The notes beneath the pieces were generated by a model. That model was not told the origin of the DNA. It did no database searches and saw only the letters and a program-made list of their open reading frames with translations. A stretch of DNA of 61,502 nt from Nevskiales bacterium (GTDB taxonomy: Bacteria > Pseudomonadota > Gammaproteobacteria > Nevskiales > DATLYR01). The stretch covers positions 1-61,502 of the forward strand of contig DATLYR010000164.1 in the NCBI GenBank assembly GCA_035574475.1, given 5' to 3'. Within the stretch, counting starts at the first letter, position 1. Every line of letters begins with the position of its first letter. This document shows, one piece after another, positions 16,912-25,684 of this stretch. The position numbers were made by a program, and so were the translations under genes.

Positions 16912-17410
16912 CGTCTTGTTCCCTCCTCAATCCACACCTCGGCCCCCGATGCCTGCCGTCTCAAGGCATGGCGTGCCACCAACGCCAGTTCCACTCCCGC
17001 CGCACCGGCGCCGACCACCACCAGCCGAAATCGCCGCGTGCACCGCGCCGCTTCGATCACCTCGGGCCAGGCGGCGAACAAGCGCTCCAGCGGCTTGACC
17101 GGCAGCAAGCGCACACCGGCCAGTTCCAGTCAAACGGTGTCGGTGTCACTGCCGACATCCAGTGACAGCAGATCGTATTCCAGATGCCGCTCGTCGGGCA
17201 GGAGCACACAGCGCCGATCAGCATCCATGGCGGCCACGCGGCCCTCGACGAGACGTACGCGGGCTTCGGCACACAAAGGGCGCAGCTCAATGCGGCATTG
17301 CTCCGCCCGGTGAAGACGTTTCATGATCTCGACTCGCTACCGCGACGGGCGAGTTGGCGGCGTGCCGGTGCGATGACCACGCGCTGGCATGGAATGAACC
17401 CCATCATACG
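16908..17410 (-). pseudogene. decayed FAD-dependent pyridine nucleotide-disulfide oxidoreductase gene
   Basis: ORFs 17324-17130 (..CRIELRPLCAEARVRLVEG..YDLLSLDVGS) and 17114-16908 (VRLLPVKPLERLF...RLVVVGAGAAGVELA) are in the same frame, split by an in-frame TGA at 17130-17132. The N-terminal GxGxxG region is missing apart from a 28-codon stub at 17407, and the 3' end is cut at the sigma start codon. Confidence 0.55.
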
Positions 17411-17440
17411 AGCGCTCCCGTTTGGGGTGACCAATGTCTA

Positions 17441-17470
17441 TTGGTCGATGCGACGGGCCCGTTTCTTACA
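17441..17470 (-). promoter_or_regulatory. putative ECF-sigma promoter (copy 4) heading the oxidoreductase'-sigma-anti-sigma unit
   Basis: Minus strand reads TGTAAGAAACGGGCCCGTCGCATCGACCAAT. Confidence 0.55.
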
Positions 17471-17487
17471 GGTCGGTATGGACGACC

Positions 17488-17517
17488 TGTAAGAACCTCG
17501 CCACGGCCCGCGACCAA
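17488..17517 (+). promoter_or_regulatory. putative ECF-sigma promoter (copy 5) upstream of the 17528 membrane protein gene
   Basis: TGTAAGAACCTCGCCACGGCCCGCGACCAAG, 28/31 identical to copy 1. The -10-like element ends 10 nt before the ATG at 17528. Confidence 0.55.
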
Positions 17518-17527
17518 GGTTGACATC

Positions 17528-17974
17528 ATGAACATCATGAACTGGAAACGTCTTTCCCTCACCGCGGCGACGATCTTCGTGATCGGTTTGGCGTGGAACG
17601 GCCTCATTCATGGCCTCGTGCTGCGCGATGCGAACGAGGCTCTGGACGGCGTGGCGCGCCCGCTGGCGCAGCGCCCGTTGGCGCTCGGCCTCGCGCTCAC
17701 CGTAGGCATCGCCGTTTTGTTCGCTTACTCGTACGCAGCCTTCGTGCGCACGCCCGGGGTCAAACGCGCGCTCGGCCACGGCGTCTTCTTCGCGCTGCTG
17801 ACGGGACTTCTCGTCGATCTGAACCAGTACGTTCTCTATCCGATCCCGGCGTCGCTGGCCGCGGCCTGGTTCGTCTTCGGGCTGATCGAGTTCTGCCTTT
17901 ACGGCGTGGTTGCGTGCTGGCTCTACCCGTTTCCCGCGACGATCGATGGGACACGAGGTTCTGGTGCGTCGTGA
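17528..17974 (+). CDS. hypothetical integral membrane protein (about 4 TM)
   Basis: MNIMNWKRLSLTAATIFVIGLAWNGLIHG... with hydrophobic helices throughout. I recognised no family. Alternative start at 17537. Confidence 0.55.
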   Translation: MNIMNWKRLSLTAATIFVIGLAWNGLIHGLVLRDANEALDGVARPLAQRPLALGLALTVGIAVLFAYSYAAFVRTPGVKRALGHGVFFALLTGLLVDLNQYVLYPIPASLAAAWFVFGLIEFCLYGVVACWLYPFPATIDGTRGSGAS

Positions 17975-18131
17975 GCGCCAACTCGCTCCGACACGGAAGC
18001 GTGTCGAACAGGGCTATCCGTGTCGTGACTGAGCACCGCAACGCGCTGCCTGCGACCGCGCGGCGTTTGCACGATAGCGTGCTCCGCGGCACCAGCTGTC
18101 CTGGAATAGCCAACCATTCACCGTAGGATTC

Positions 18132-18691
<560 letters not shown>

Positions 18692-18695
<4 letters not shown>

Positions 18696-19135
18696 GAGGG
18701 AATCTCCGCCTCCACCAGGCGGGTGAGCAGATCGAAGGACTGCTGCCAGCCCAAGCGGCAGGCCTCGGCCGGGATGGCATCGGGCAGCCCGGCCTGCTCC
18801 ACCGTCAACTCGGTGCCGACGGACACGGCGCGCAGGGTGTAGGTGGTGAGCATTTCACCGGGCAGCTGGTCATCCTCAAAGCGGTCGGTGGCGACGAGCC
18901 TCTCGTTCGGCACGATCTCGCGATAGCTGCCCCCGAAGCTGTGGCGCTGGCCGTTACCCAGGTTGATGAAGCTCATGCGGTAGTGGCCGCCCACGCGCAG
19001 GTCGCACTCGTGCACCTCGGCCACGAAGCCGTCGGGCGGGTTCCATTTGACGATGGCGGCCGGTTCGGTCAGCGCGCGCCAGAGGCGCTCGGCCGGGGCG
19101 CGAAACACGCGAACTTGGGTCAGGGTGTAGGGCAT
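18692..19135 (-). CDS. SRPBCC-family protein (AHSA1/START-like)
   Basis: Real start MPYTLTQVRVFRAPAERLWRALTEP at 19135, 147 aa. ATGA overlap with the VOC gene. Confidence 0.8.
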
Positions 19136-19140
19136 GGCGC

Positions 19141-19779
19141 TCATCTCCTCTTGCGCTGGGTGGATGGAAGGGGAAGCAGCGCCTGCACGTAGCGCTTCAG
19201 ATGCGCGATCGCGTCGAGCGCGGCCTGCGGGTTGTTCATGGCTTTTGCGAGCACGAAGCCGCCTTGCAGCACGGCCTGGGTGTGGCGCGCCAGGCTCTCG
19301 GCGCTCCACTCGGCATCCGGGGCGTACTTCGCCTTGGCCGCTTCGATCGTCGGCACGAGGGTTTGCGCATGCGCCTCGATGCCGGCGCCGCAGGCGGCTT
19401 GCAGCGCTGGGTGGCTGGCGAAGGTCTCCTGCACCAAGGTGCCGAGCAGGCAGGTGAACTCGGGCATCGCCCCGCGCACCAGCTCGGCGCGGAAGTCGAG
19501 ATAGGCGAGCAGGCGCTCGCGCGGATCCTCGACCCGCCAGTACGGGGCGGTGGCGAACAGCGTGCCGGTGGTGTCGTTCCAGTGCGCGATCGCGGCCAGC
19601 GCGGCCGCTTCCTTGCTGTCGAAGTGGTGGAAGAAGCTGCCCTTGGTGACGCCGGCGGCCGCGCACAGATCGTCCACCGTCGTCGCGGTGTAGCCCTTGG
19701 TGCGGAACACGCCGAGCGCAGCCTCCAAGATACGCTGACGCGACTCCTGCCCGCGGGCGGTGGGGGCGGCCTGGCTCAT
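19141..19779 (-). CDS. TetR-family transcriptional regulator
   Basis: Start MSQAAPTARGQESRQRILEAALGVFRTKGYTATTVDDLCAAAGVTKGSFFHHF at 19779, giving the TetR HTH. Confidence 0.85.
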   Translation of the reverse strand: MSQAAPTARGQESRQRILEAALGVFRTKGYTATTVDDLCAAAGVTKGSFFHHFDSKEAAALAAIAHWNDTTGTLFATAPYWRVEDPRERLLAYLDFRAELVRGAMPEFTCLLGTLVQETFASHPALQAACGAGIEAHAQTLVPTIEAAKAKYAPDAEWSAESLARHTQAVLQGGFVLAKAMNNPQAALDAIAHLKRYVQALLPLPSTQRKRR

Positions 19780-20171
19780 AGGTGGGCCGTCACCGCAGGT
19801 GCCGCGTCCCAGCGGTCGTGCGCGCCGTCCACGTAGGTCACCGGCAGCGCGGCCAGGCGCTCGGGCGCCAGCCCCTCGAGGCAGGCGACGTTGATCGCCA
19901 CACCCTGCCCATCGGTGGTCTGACCGAAGGGCTTGACGCCGCAACGGGTGCAGAAGCGGTGTCGGATGCGGCCCGCACCGAAGCGGTAGTCGGCGAGATG
20001 CTCTTCGCCCTGCAGCAAACGGAACTGCGCTGTCGGCACGAAAGCCAGCCAGAAGCGGGTCTTGGCGCAGATAGAGCAGTTGCAGCGCACCGTGCCGGCC
20101 TCGAGATCGGCCTCGACTTCGAAACGCACGGCGCCGCAGTGGCAGCTGCCGGTGTAGGCATCCAGGGCCAT
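19776..20171 (-). CDS. GFA-family (glutathione-dependent formaldehyde-activating / CENP-V-like) protein
   Basis: GSCHCGAVRF, CNCSIC and FCTRCG Cys clusters in a 131-aa protein. Confidence 0.85.
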   Translation of the reverse strand: MALDAYTGSCHCGAVRFEVEADLEAGTVRCNCSICAKTRFWLAFVPTAQFRLLQGEEHLADYRFGAGRIRHRFCTRCGVKPFGQTTDGQGVAINVACLEGLAPERLAALPVTYVDGAHDRWDAAPAVTAHL

Positions 20172-20179
20172 GGTGGTTG

Positions 20180-20227
20180 CATACCGATTGGTTGGTTTTT
20201 TTGATGCTAAACCGACTAATAGGTATG
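20180..20227. promoter_or_regulatory. imperfect 19-bp inverted repeat, candidate TetR operator
   Basis: CATACCGATTGGTTGGTTT (20180-20198), 10 nt, then AAACCGACTAATAGGTATG (20209-20227). 16 of 19 positions are complementary. It lies immediately upstream of the GFA-TetR operon. Confidence 0.4.
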
Positions 20228-20446
20228 GTCAAGACGGCCGACTGATGTTCGGGATCGCAACGGCACCTTGGCGCGCAGTGAGACCGGCCTCACCGGCAAC
20301 ACCTGGACCTGGACGGTGGCCGAGGCCGCCGCGGACGCCGGTGCCGCGGGCGATCGCGTGACCCTCGAGATCAGCGCCGTGCGCGATGGGCTGGAGAGCT
20401 GGCAGGCGCAGGCGCGCAGCGTCGACCGTGCCGGCTGATCGCTTGA

Positions 20447-20870
20447 CTCTTGGCCTTCAAGGTCGAGTTGGCGCTCCTGGAGAGCACGGGGATTTACTAG
20501 AAGAGTGTCTTTGCACATCTGGAAGCGGCGGGCATCTTGGCCTGGGTGGTCAATGCCCACCTCGTCAAGCACGTGCCGGGGCGCAAGACCGACATCGCTG
20601 ATTCCGAATGGCTGGCCCAGTTGGGGCGCTTCGGCCTGGTGCGCGGCAGCTTCATCCCGCCCAAGGATTTGCGGGAGTTGCGCCTGGTATCGCGCTACCG
20701 GAAGAAACTGTCCGGGGTGCTGGCTGGGGAGAAGAACCGGATGCACAAGCTCCTCGATGATGCCGGCATCAAGCGGTGGGGTCGTTTCGGATATCAACGG
20801 CGTCTCGGCCAAGCGGATGATCGAAGGTCTCATTGCCGGGCAATCCCCGGCAGAATTGGCCACCCCACAG
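20447..20870 (+). pseudogene. IS110-family transposase fragment (internal part, stop codon plus frameshift)
   Basis: ..LLESTGIY*KSVFAHLEAAGILAWVVNAHLVKHVPGRKTDIADSEWLAQLGRFGLVRGSFIPPKDLRELRLVSRYRKKL..GIK, then a shifted frame GGVVSDINGVSAKRMIEGLIAGQSPAEL. There is a TAG at 20498. Both the N- and C-terminal parts are missing. Confidence 0.7.
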
Positions 20871-21027
20871 CCCTGGCAACAAATCCTTGCCTACGCTAAC
20901 CTCATATCCAGCCATCGCTTCTCTCCTTCGGTTGATCAACGTCTCGATAACGTCATCGTACCGAACCGAAGCGGTGGCTACTCGCCATCCGATTTACAGC
21001 AGTTTATAGACTCAATCCTGCGTTCAG

Positions 21028-21108
21028 GCCGGCGCTCAGCAGACGACCGTTCGTCCGAAAGACGGCGAGGATGATTTCGGTCAGCAACTCAGCTGCCTGT
21101 GTTCGCAT
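21028..21108 (-). pseudogene. MarR-family regulator, N-terminal 27-codon stub
   Basis: MRTQAAELLTEIILAVFRTNGRLLSAG matches the usual MarR N-terminus (..FRLNGRLLAAG..). Similarity is lost after 21028. Confidence 0.4.
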
Positions 21109-21160
21109 GGGTCGACCGAGAAGAAGAAATTGACAACCAGTTTCCATTGGCAGCAACTAG

Positions 21161-21268
21161 TTGCCAATATCGGCATCCAAGGCCGAGACGCTGATCCCCT
21201 ACGCCCGCAACCCGCGCACGCACTCCGACGCCCAGGTGACCAAAATCGCAGCCAGCATTGTCGAGTTC
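21161..21268 (+). pseudogene. ParB-like nuclease / DNA methylase N-terminal fragment
   Basis: ..KAETLIPYARNPRTHSDAQVTKIAASIVEF fits the ParB/Srx-domain motif (NxRxHS..Q...ia.SI.efG) of phage/plasmid ParB-methyltransferases. It breaks off at about 21268. Confidence 0.45.
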
Positions 21269-21461
21269 GACTGGACCCGCATCCGCCAGACCAACGGCTT
21301 CCTGGAGGCCTTCAACGCCTCTTCTAGGCCACCAAGCGCAAGGCCCGCGGCTATGCGGGCTTCTCCACCATCCGCGCCGTCGTCTTCCTCCTTGCCGGCA
21401 AGCTGGACTTCGGAAAAGTCAATCAGCATGACGCTTGACCCACTCGCCTTTCAAAAGAGCC
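21268..21461 (+). mobile_element. ISL3-family IS element, 3' remnant (transposase C-terminus plus terminal inverted repeat)
   Basis: ..IRQTNGFLEAFN then, frameshifted with a TAG, LF*ATKRKARGYAGFSTIRAVVFLLAGKLDFGKVNQHDA*. The outer end reads GGCTCTTTTGAAAGG inward from 21461, which starts like an ISL3 IR. Confidence 0.55.
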
Positions 21462-21462
21462 C

Positions 21463-21570
21463 CTCGGAGACATCGACCAGCATCACATCCAGCCCGGTCA
21501 GCGCGCACGCTTGCGCGATGCCGCAGCCCATCGTCCCGGCGCCGATCACGCCGATCTTCTGCATGCTCAT
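21463..21570 (-). pseudogene. hbd: 3-hydroxybutyryl-CoA dehydrogenase, N-terminal 36 codons, truncated by the ISL3 end
   Basis: MSMQKIGVIGAGTMGCGIAQACALTGLDVMLVDVSE gives a Rossmann GxGxxG fold. The reading frame then runs into the IS terminal repeat. Confidence 0.7.
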
Positions 21571-21593
21571 CGCCTCCACCCGCGCAATCGCGA

Positions 21594-22778
21594 TCAGACT
21601 CGCTCGAAGACTGCAGCGATGCCCTGCCCGCCGCCGATGCACATGGTTACCAACGCGTAGCGCTCCCCAGTGCGCAGCAGCTCATGAATCGCCTTGACGG
21701 TATTGATGGCGCCGGTGGCGCCCAAAGGATGGCCGAGGGAGATGCCGGAGCCGTTCGGGTTCACCTTCGCCGGATCCAGCCCCAGCTCGCGCGTCACAGC
21801 GCAAGCCTGGGCGGCGAAGGCCTCGTTGGACTCGATGACGTCCAGATCGTCCACGCTGAGCCCCGCGCGCTGCAAGGCCAAGCGCGTGGCCGGCACCGGG
21901 CCGATGCCCATGTACGCCGGCTCGACGCCGGCGTGGCCCCAGGACACCAGGCGCGCCAGCGGCCGCAGCCCCAGCGCGCTAGCGCGCCGTGCCTCCATCA
22001 GCACCACGGCGGCCGCACCGTCGTTGATGCCGGAGGCGTTGCCCGCCGTCACCCGACCGTCCTTCTTGAATACCGGATTCATCTTCGCCAGCTGTTCGGC
22101 CGTCACGTCCGCGCGGACGTGCTCATCGGTATCGAACAGAACCGGCCCCTTGCGCGTGGGAACCTCCACCGGCACGATCTGCTCCCTGAAGCGCCCTTCG
22201 GCGATCGCCCGGGCGGCCCGGCGCTGGCTTTCCAGTGCCAGTTCGTCCTGCATGGCGCGCGTGATGCCATGGCGTTCCGCGACATTCTCCGCGGTGATGC
22301 CCATGTGAATCTTGTGCCACGGATCATGGAGGGCGCTCGCCATGTAGTCGACCATCTCGGCCGTGCCCATGCGTGCGCCCCAGCGTGCGGCGGGCAGCAG
22401 ATAGGGACTGCGGCTCATGGACTCGGCGCCGCCGCCGACGGCGACATCAGTCTCCCCCAGAAGGATCGCCTGGGCGGCGCAGAGGATCGCCTGCAGGCCC
22501 GATCCGCAAAGGCGATTGACGTTGTAGGCGGATACCGGGTTGGGTATGCCGGCGTCGAGGGCCGCGACGCGGCTCAGGTAGGCATCGTTCGGCTCGGTGG
22601 GGATGACGTTGCCGAGGACGACCTGGCCCACCTCGGCCGCATCGATGCCGGAACGTTCGAGCGCCGCCCGCACCACGGTAGTGGCGAGGCCGGTCAGCGG
22701 CACGTCCTTGAGTGATCCGCCGAAGCTGCCGATCGCCGTGCGGGCGGCGCCCACCAGCAGGACTTCCCGTTGCGACAT
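21594..22778 (-). CDS. acetyl-CoA C-acetyltransferase (thiolase II)
   Basis: Start [21 protein letters not shown] at 22778. Motifs [11 protein letters not shown] (active-site Cys), [28 protein letters not shown] and CIGGGQG are present. Confidence 0.9.
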   Translation of the reverse strand: MSQREVLLVGAARTAIGSFGGSLKDVPLTGLATTVVRAALERSGIDAAEVGQVVLGNVIPTEPNDAYLSRVAALDAGIPNPVSAYNVNRLCGSGLQAILCAAQAILLGETDVAVGGGAESMSRSPYLLPAARWGARMGTAEMVDYMASALHDPWHKIHMGITAENVAERHGITRAMQDELALESQRRAARAIAEGRFREQIVPVEVPTRKGPVLFDTDEHVRADVTAEQLAKMNPVFKKDGRVTAGNASGINDGAAAVVLMEARRASALGLRPLARLVSWGHAGVEPAYMGIGPVPATRLALQRAGLSVDDLDVIESNEAFAAQACAVTRELGLDPAKVNPNGSGISLGHPLGATGAINTVKAIHELLRTGERYALVTMCIGGGQGIAAVFERV

Positions 22779-22807
22779 TTTCCTTGCTCCTGTCTTGTTG
22801 GAAACGG

Positions 22808-24838
22808 TTACCGGCGCCCGGGCGCTTCGTAGTCCGGGCACTCCCGCGCGAAGCGGACGAAATACTCCAGGGCCTGCGGATTGCGCATGGCATCCCGGTT
22901 GGCCGCCTTCTCCGCCGGCCAGCCCATGAGGATCTTGCGCACCGGGACTTCCATCTTCTTGCCGGTCAGCGTGTAGGGAATGGCGTCCACCGCATAGAAG
23001 CTGTCGGGCACGTGGCGCGGCGAGCAGTCGCTGCGCAAGCGTGACTCGATCCGTCTTCGCAACGCCTCGTCCATCACCACGCCGTCCCTGAGGACGAGGA
23101 ACATGGGCATGAAGAACTTTCCGTCCTCCAGGTCGCAGCAGACGATCAGGCTGTCCACGACACCCTCGACCTGCTCCACGACGCGATAGATCTCCGCGGT
23201 GCCGATGCGCACGCCGTAGCGGTTGAGGGTCGAATCCGAGCGGCCGTAGATGTGGCAGCCGCCGCGCGCGTTGATCTTGAGAAAGTCGCCGTGGCGCCAG
23301 ACGCCGGGGAAGTGGTCGAAGTAGGACTCGCGGTAGCGGGCGTTTTCCGCATCACCCCAGAAGTACACCGGCATGGAGGGAATCGGATTGGTGCAGACCA
23401 GCTCGCCGATCTCGTCGATGAGCGGTTTGCCGGCATCGTTCCAGGCTTGGATGTCCTTGCCCAGCATGCGGCACTGGATCTCGCCGGCGTAGACCGGAAG
23501 CGTCGGCGAGGAGCCGACGAAGCCGCCGGCAATGTCGGTGCCGCCGCTGACGGAAGCGATCCACAGGTCATCCTTCACGTCGCGATAGAACCAGGCGAAG
23601 GTTTCAGGCGTGGCGGGCGATCCGGTCAGCATCACGGTGTCGAGCCTGGTCAGGTCGAAAGTCTCTTTGGGTCGGAGTCCAGCTTTCTGCATCATCTGCA
23701 CATAGGTCGGGCTGGCGCCGAACAGGGTGACTTCCTGCTCGGCGGCCATCTTCCACAGCAGGTCCGGTTGCGGCTGGGAGGGATGGCCGTCGTAGAGCAC
23801 GATGGAGGCGCCGGTCACCAGCGCCGCCACGGTGATGTTCCACATGATCCAGCCGGTGGTGGTGTAGAAGAACATGCGCTTGCCGGGCCCCAGGTCGGAA
23901 TGCAGGCGCAGCAGCACGCAGGCCTCCAGCAGCGCGCCCACGTGGCCATGGACGATGGGCTTGGGCAGCCCGGTGGTGCCGGACGAGTAGACGATCCACA
24001 GCGGATGATCGGGGGGCACGCGAGCGAAGGAAAATTCCTCCGGCCCGGGATCCGTCCCCGCCATCACCTCGGACCAGCGCTGCGCCCCCGCGATCGGCGC
24101 CGCGGCCGTGGGATTCAGGTAGGGCAGCCAAATGACGTGCTCCACGCCGGGCAGCGAGGCGACAATGCGGCGCACCTCGTCGCTGCGGTCGAAGTCCTTG
24201 CCGCCGAAGCGGTAACCGTCCGCCGCAAACACCAGCTTCGGCTCGATCTGGGCGAAGCGGTCCAGCACCGTCTGCACGCCGAACTCGGGCGCCGCCGACG
24301 ACCATACCGCACCCACGGCAGCCGTCGCCAGAAAGGCGATGACGGTCTCGATGACATTGGGCATGTAGGACACCACCCGATCGCCGGGACCGATGCCGAG
24401 TTCGCGCAGCCGGCTCGCCATGATTCGGACCGCGGCGCGCAGCGCCTCCCGCGAAGTGCCTGCCGCCTCGCGCAGCTCCGAGAGATGGACGATCGCCGTC
24501 TCGTCCGCGGCGCCCGGCCGCAGCAGGTGCTCCGCATAGTTGATCGTGGCGCCTTCGAACCACGTCGCACCGGGCATCGCGGACGACGACAGCACGCTGC
24601 AAAAGGGCGTGTCAGACATGACGTCGAAGTACCGCCAGCAATCGCCCCAGAATTCCTCCAGATGGTCCACCGACCAGCGGCGCAGGGTTTCGTAGTCGCC
24701 GTCGAAGCGGAGCCCGCGCTCGCGCTCGACCCAGCGCATGAAGTGCATCATGGCGGAGCCTGCCACCCGCTCCGGCGAGGGTGTCCACAGCAAATCCCCT
24801 TCCTTGACCGGCGGCAACTCGTTCACTCGCGTCGGCAT
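22808..24838 (-). CDS. acetoacetate-CoA ligase (acetoacetyl-CoA synthetase)
   Basis: 676 aa. It has the LLWTPS..F..W N-terminus typical of acetoacetyl-CoA synthetases, the AMP-binding motif [14 protein letters not shown], and SGGTDI. Confidence 0.9.
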   Translation of the reverse strand: MPTRVNELPPVKEGDLLWTPSPERVAGSAMMHFMRWVERERGLRFDGDYETLRRWSVDHLEEFWGDCWRYFDVMSDTPFCSVLSSSAMPGATWFEGATINYAEHLLRPGAADETAIVHLSELREAAGTSREALRAAVRIMASRLRELGIGPGDRVVSYMPNVIETVIAFLATAAVGAVWSSAAPEFGVQTVLDRFAQIEPKLVFAADGYRFGGKDFDRSDEVRRIVASLPGVEHVIWLPYLNPTAAAPIAGAQRWSEVMAGTDPGPEEFSFARVPPDHPLWIVYSSGTTGLPKPIVHGHVGALLEACVLLRLHSDLGPGKRMFFYTTTGWIMWNITVAALVTGASIVLYDGHPSQPQPDLLWKMAAEQEVTLFGASPTYVQMMQKAGLRPKETFDLTRLDTVMLTGSPATPETFAWFYRDVKDDLWIASVSGGTDIAGGFVGSSPTLPVYAGEIQCRMLGKDIQAWNDAGKPLIDEIGELVCTNPIPSMPVYFWGDAENARYRESYFDHFPGVWRHGDFLKINARGGCHIYGRSDSTLNRYGVRIGTAEIYRVVEQVEGVVDSLIVCCDLEDGKFFMPMFLVLRDGVVMDEALRRRIESRLRSDCSPRHVPDSFYAVDAIPYTLTGKKMEVPVRKILMGWPAEKAANRDAMRNPQALEYFVRFARECPDYEAPGRR

Positions 24839-25684
24839 TCAGGCCATCTCCGTAAGGCGTTGCAGCACCGTTTCCGGCACCGCAGCGGCGGGCACCACCG
24901 CGTAATGGAAGCAGCCGGCGCCGGGCGCCGGGGGGCGCGTCCCCATCCAGAAGTCGGGGCCGAGCATGATGCCGCCCGCCATGCCCTCCGGCAGGGTCGG
25001 CGCGATGTGGAAATCTACGCCGCCCGCGCTCACCGGCTCCTGCGGGCTGGCATCGAGCAGCCCCACTTCCCAACGGTAGTGGTGCGCCTTGTTGATGACC
25101 GGGTCGTACCAGGAAAGCTCCTGCGCGCTGGCGGGCGCCTGGCCGGGCGATTCGACGAGCACCACTGCATCGAGGCCGCAGTCTGCAAATGCCCGCAGGA
25201 AGTCGGCGACATACACCGCCGCCGCGCCGATCTCGTCGCCGTTGCCGGCGACCTCCGCCGCCAGGGCCTGGCCGCGGGCCGCCCGGTAGGCGAGCGCAAG
25301 CCAGCGCCGCGGCGACGGCACCATCAGCGCCAGCGGCCGATCGGCATTGGCCGCGCGCAGCGGTTCCAGCAGCCGGGCGACCGCCTCGCGCAGGGCCGGC
25401 TCCTCCAGCAGGCGCCGCAACGGATAGCCCGTCCTGGATTTGGCCCTCATCGCGTCCACCAGGGCGGGATTCGCGGCGAGCAGTGCGTCGGCAATGGGCT
25501 CCACCGGCAGGTGAACCACACCGGATTTCAGCAGCGCCTGGGCCCTGCCGTGGAAAGCCGAGAAGCGCGCCTGATCGAGCCACGGAACGCTGCCGTTCTC
25601 CAGCAGCGTCGCCGCGTAGTCGTAGAAGTCCAGCCACAGCGCAGGCCGGGCGTTCATTGTGAAATCCTGAATCGTGGTTCCCAT
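24839..25684 (-). CDS. hypothetical protein, abutting the acetoacetyl-CoA synthetase start
   Basis: 281 aa from MGTTIQDF (alternative start MNARPALW at 25657). Its stop codon abuts the downstream ATG at 24838. I recognised no family. Confidence 0.5.
   Translation of the reverse strand: MGTTIQDFTMNARPALWLDFYDYAATLLENGSVPWLDQARFSAFHGRAQALLKSGVVHLPVEPIADALLAANPALVDAMRAKSRTGYPLRRLLEEPALREAVARLLEPLRAANADRPLALMVPSPRRWLALAYRAARGQALAAEVAGNGDEIGAAAVYVADFLRAFADCGLDAVVLVESPGQAPASAQELSWYDPVINKAHHYRWEVGLLDASPQEPVSAGGVDFHIAPTLPEGMAGGIMLGPDFWMGTRPPAPGAGCFHYAVVPAAAVPETVLQRLTEMA

Noticed and set aside
17130-17132. The in-frame TGA in the flavoprotein oxidoreductase remnant could be a selenocysteine codon.
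   Set aside because: The gene also lacks its N-terminal dinucleotide-binding region and its 3' end. The position is not a redox Cys in this family, and I saw no SECIS-like hairpin immediately downstream. A nonsense mutation in a pseudogene is simpler.
20870-21027. An IS110-family guide ('bridge') RNA encoded in the lower-GC segment following the transposase fragment.
   Set aside because: The transposase is only an internal fragment. I cannot define the element ends or fold a convincing two-loop structure by eye. It is kept only as something to check within the junkyard finding.
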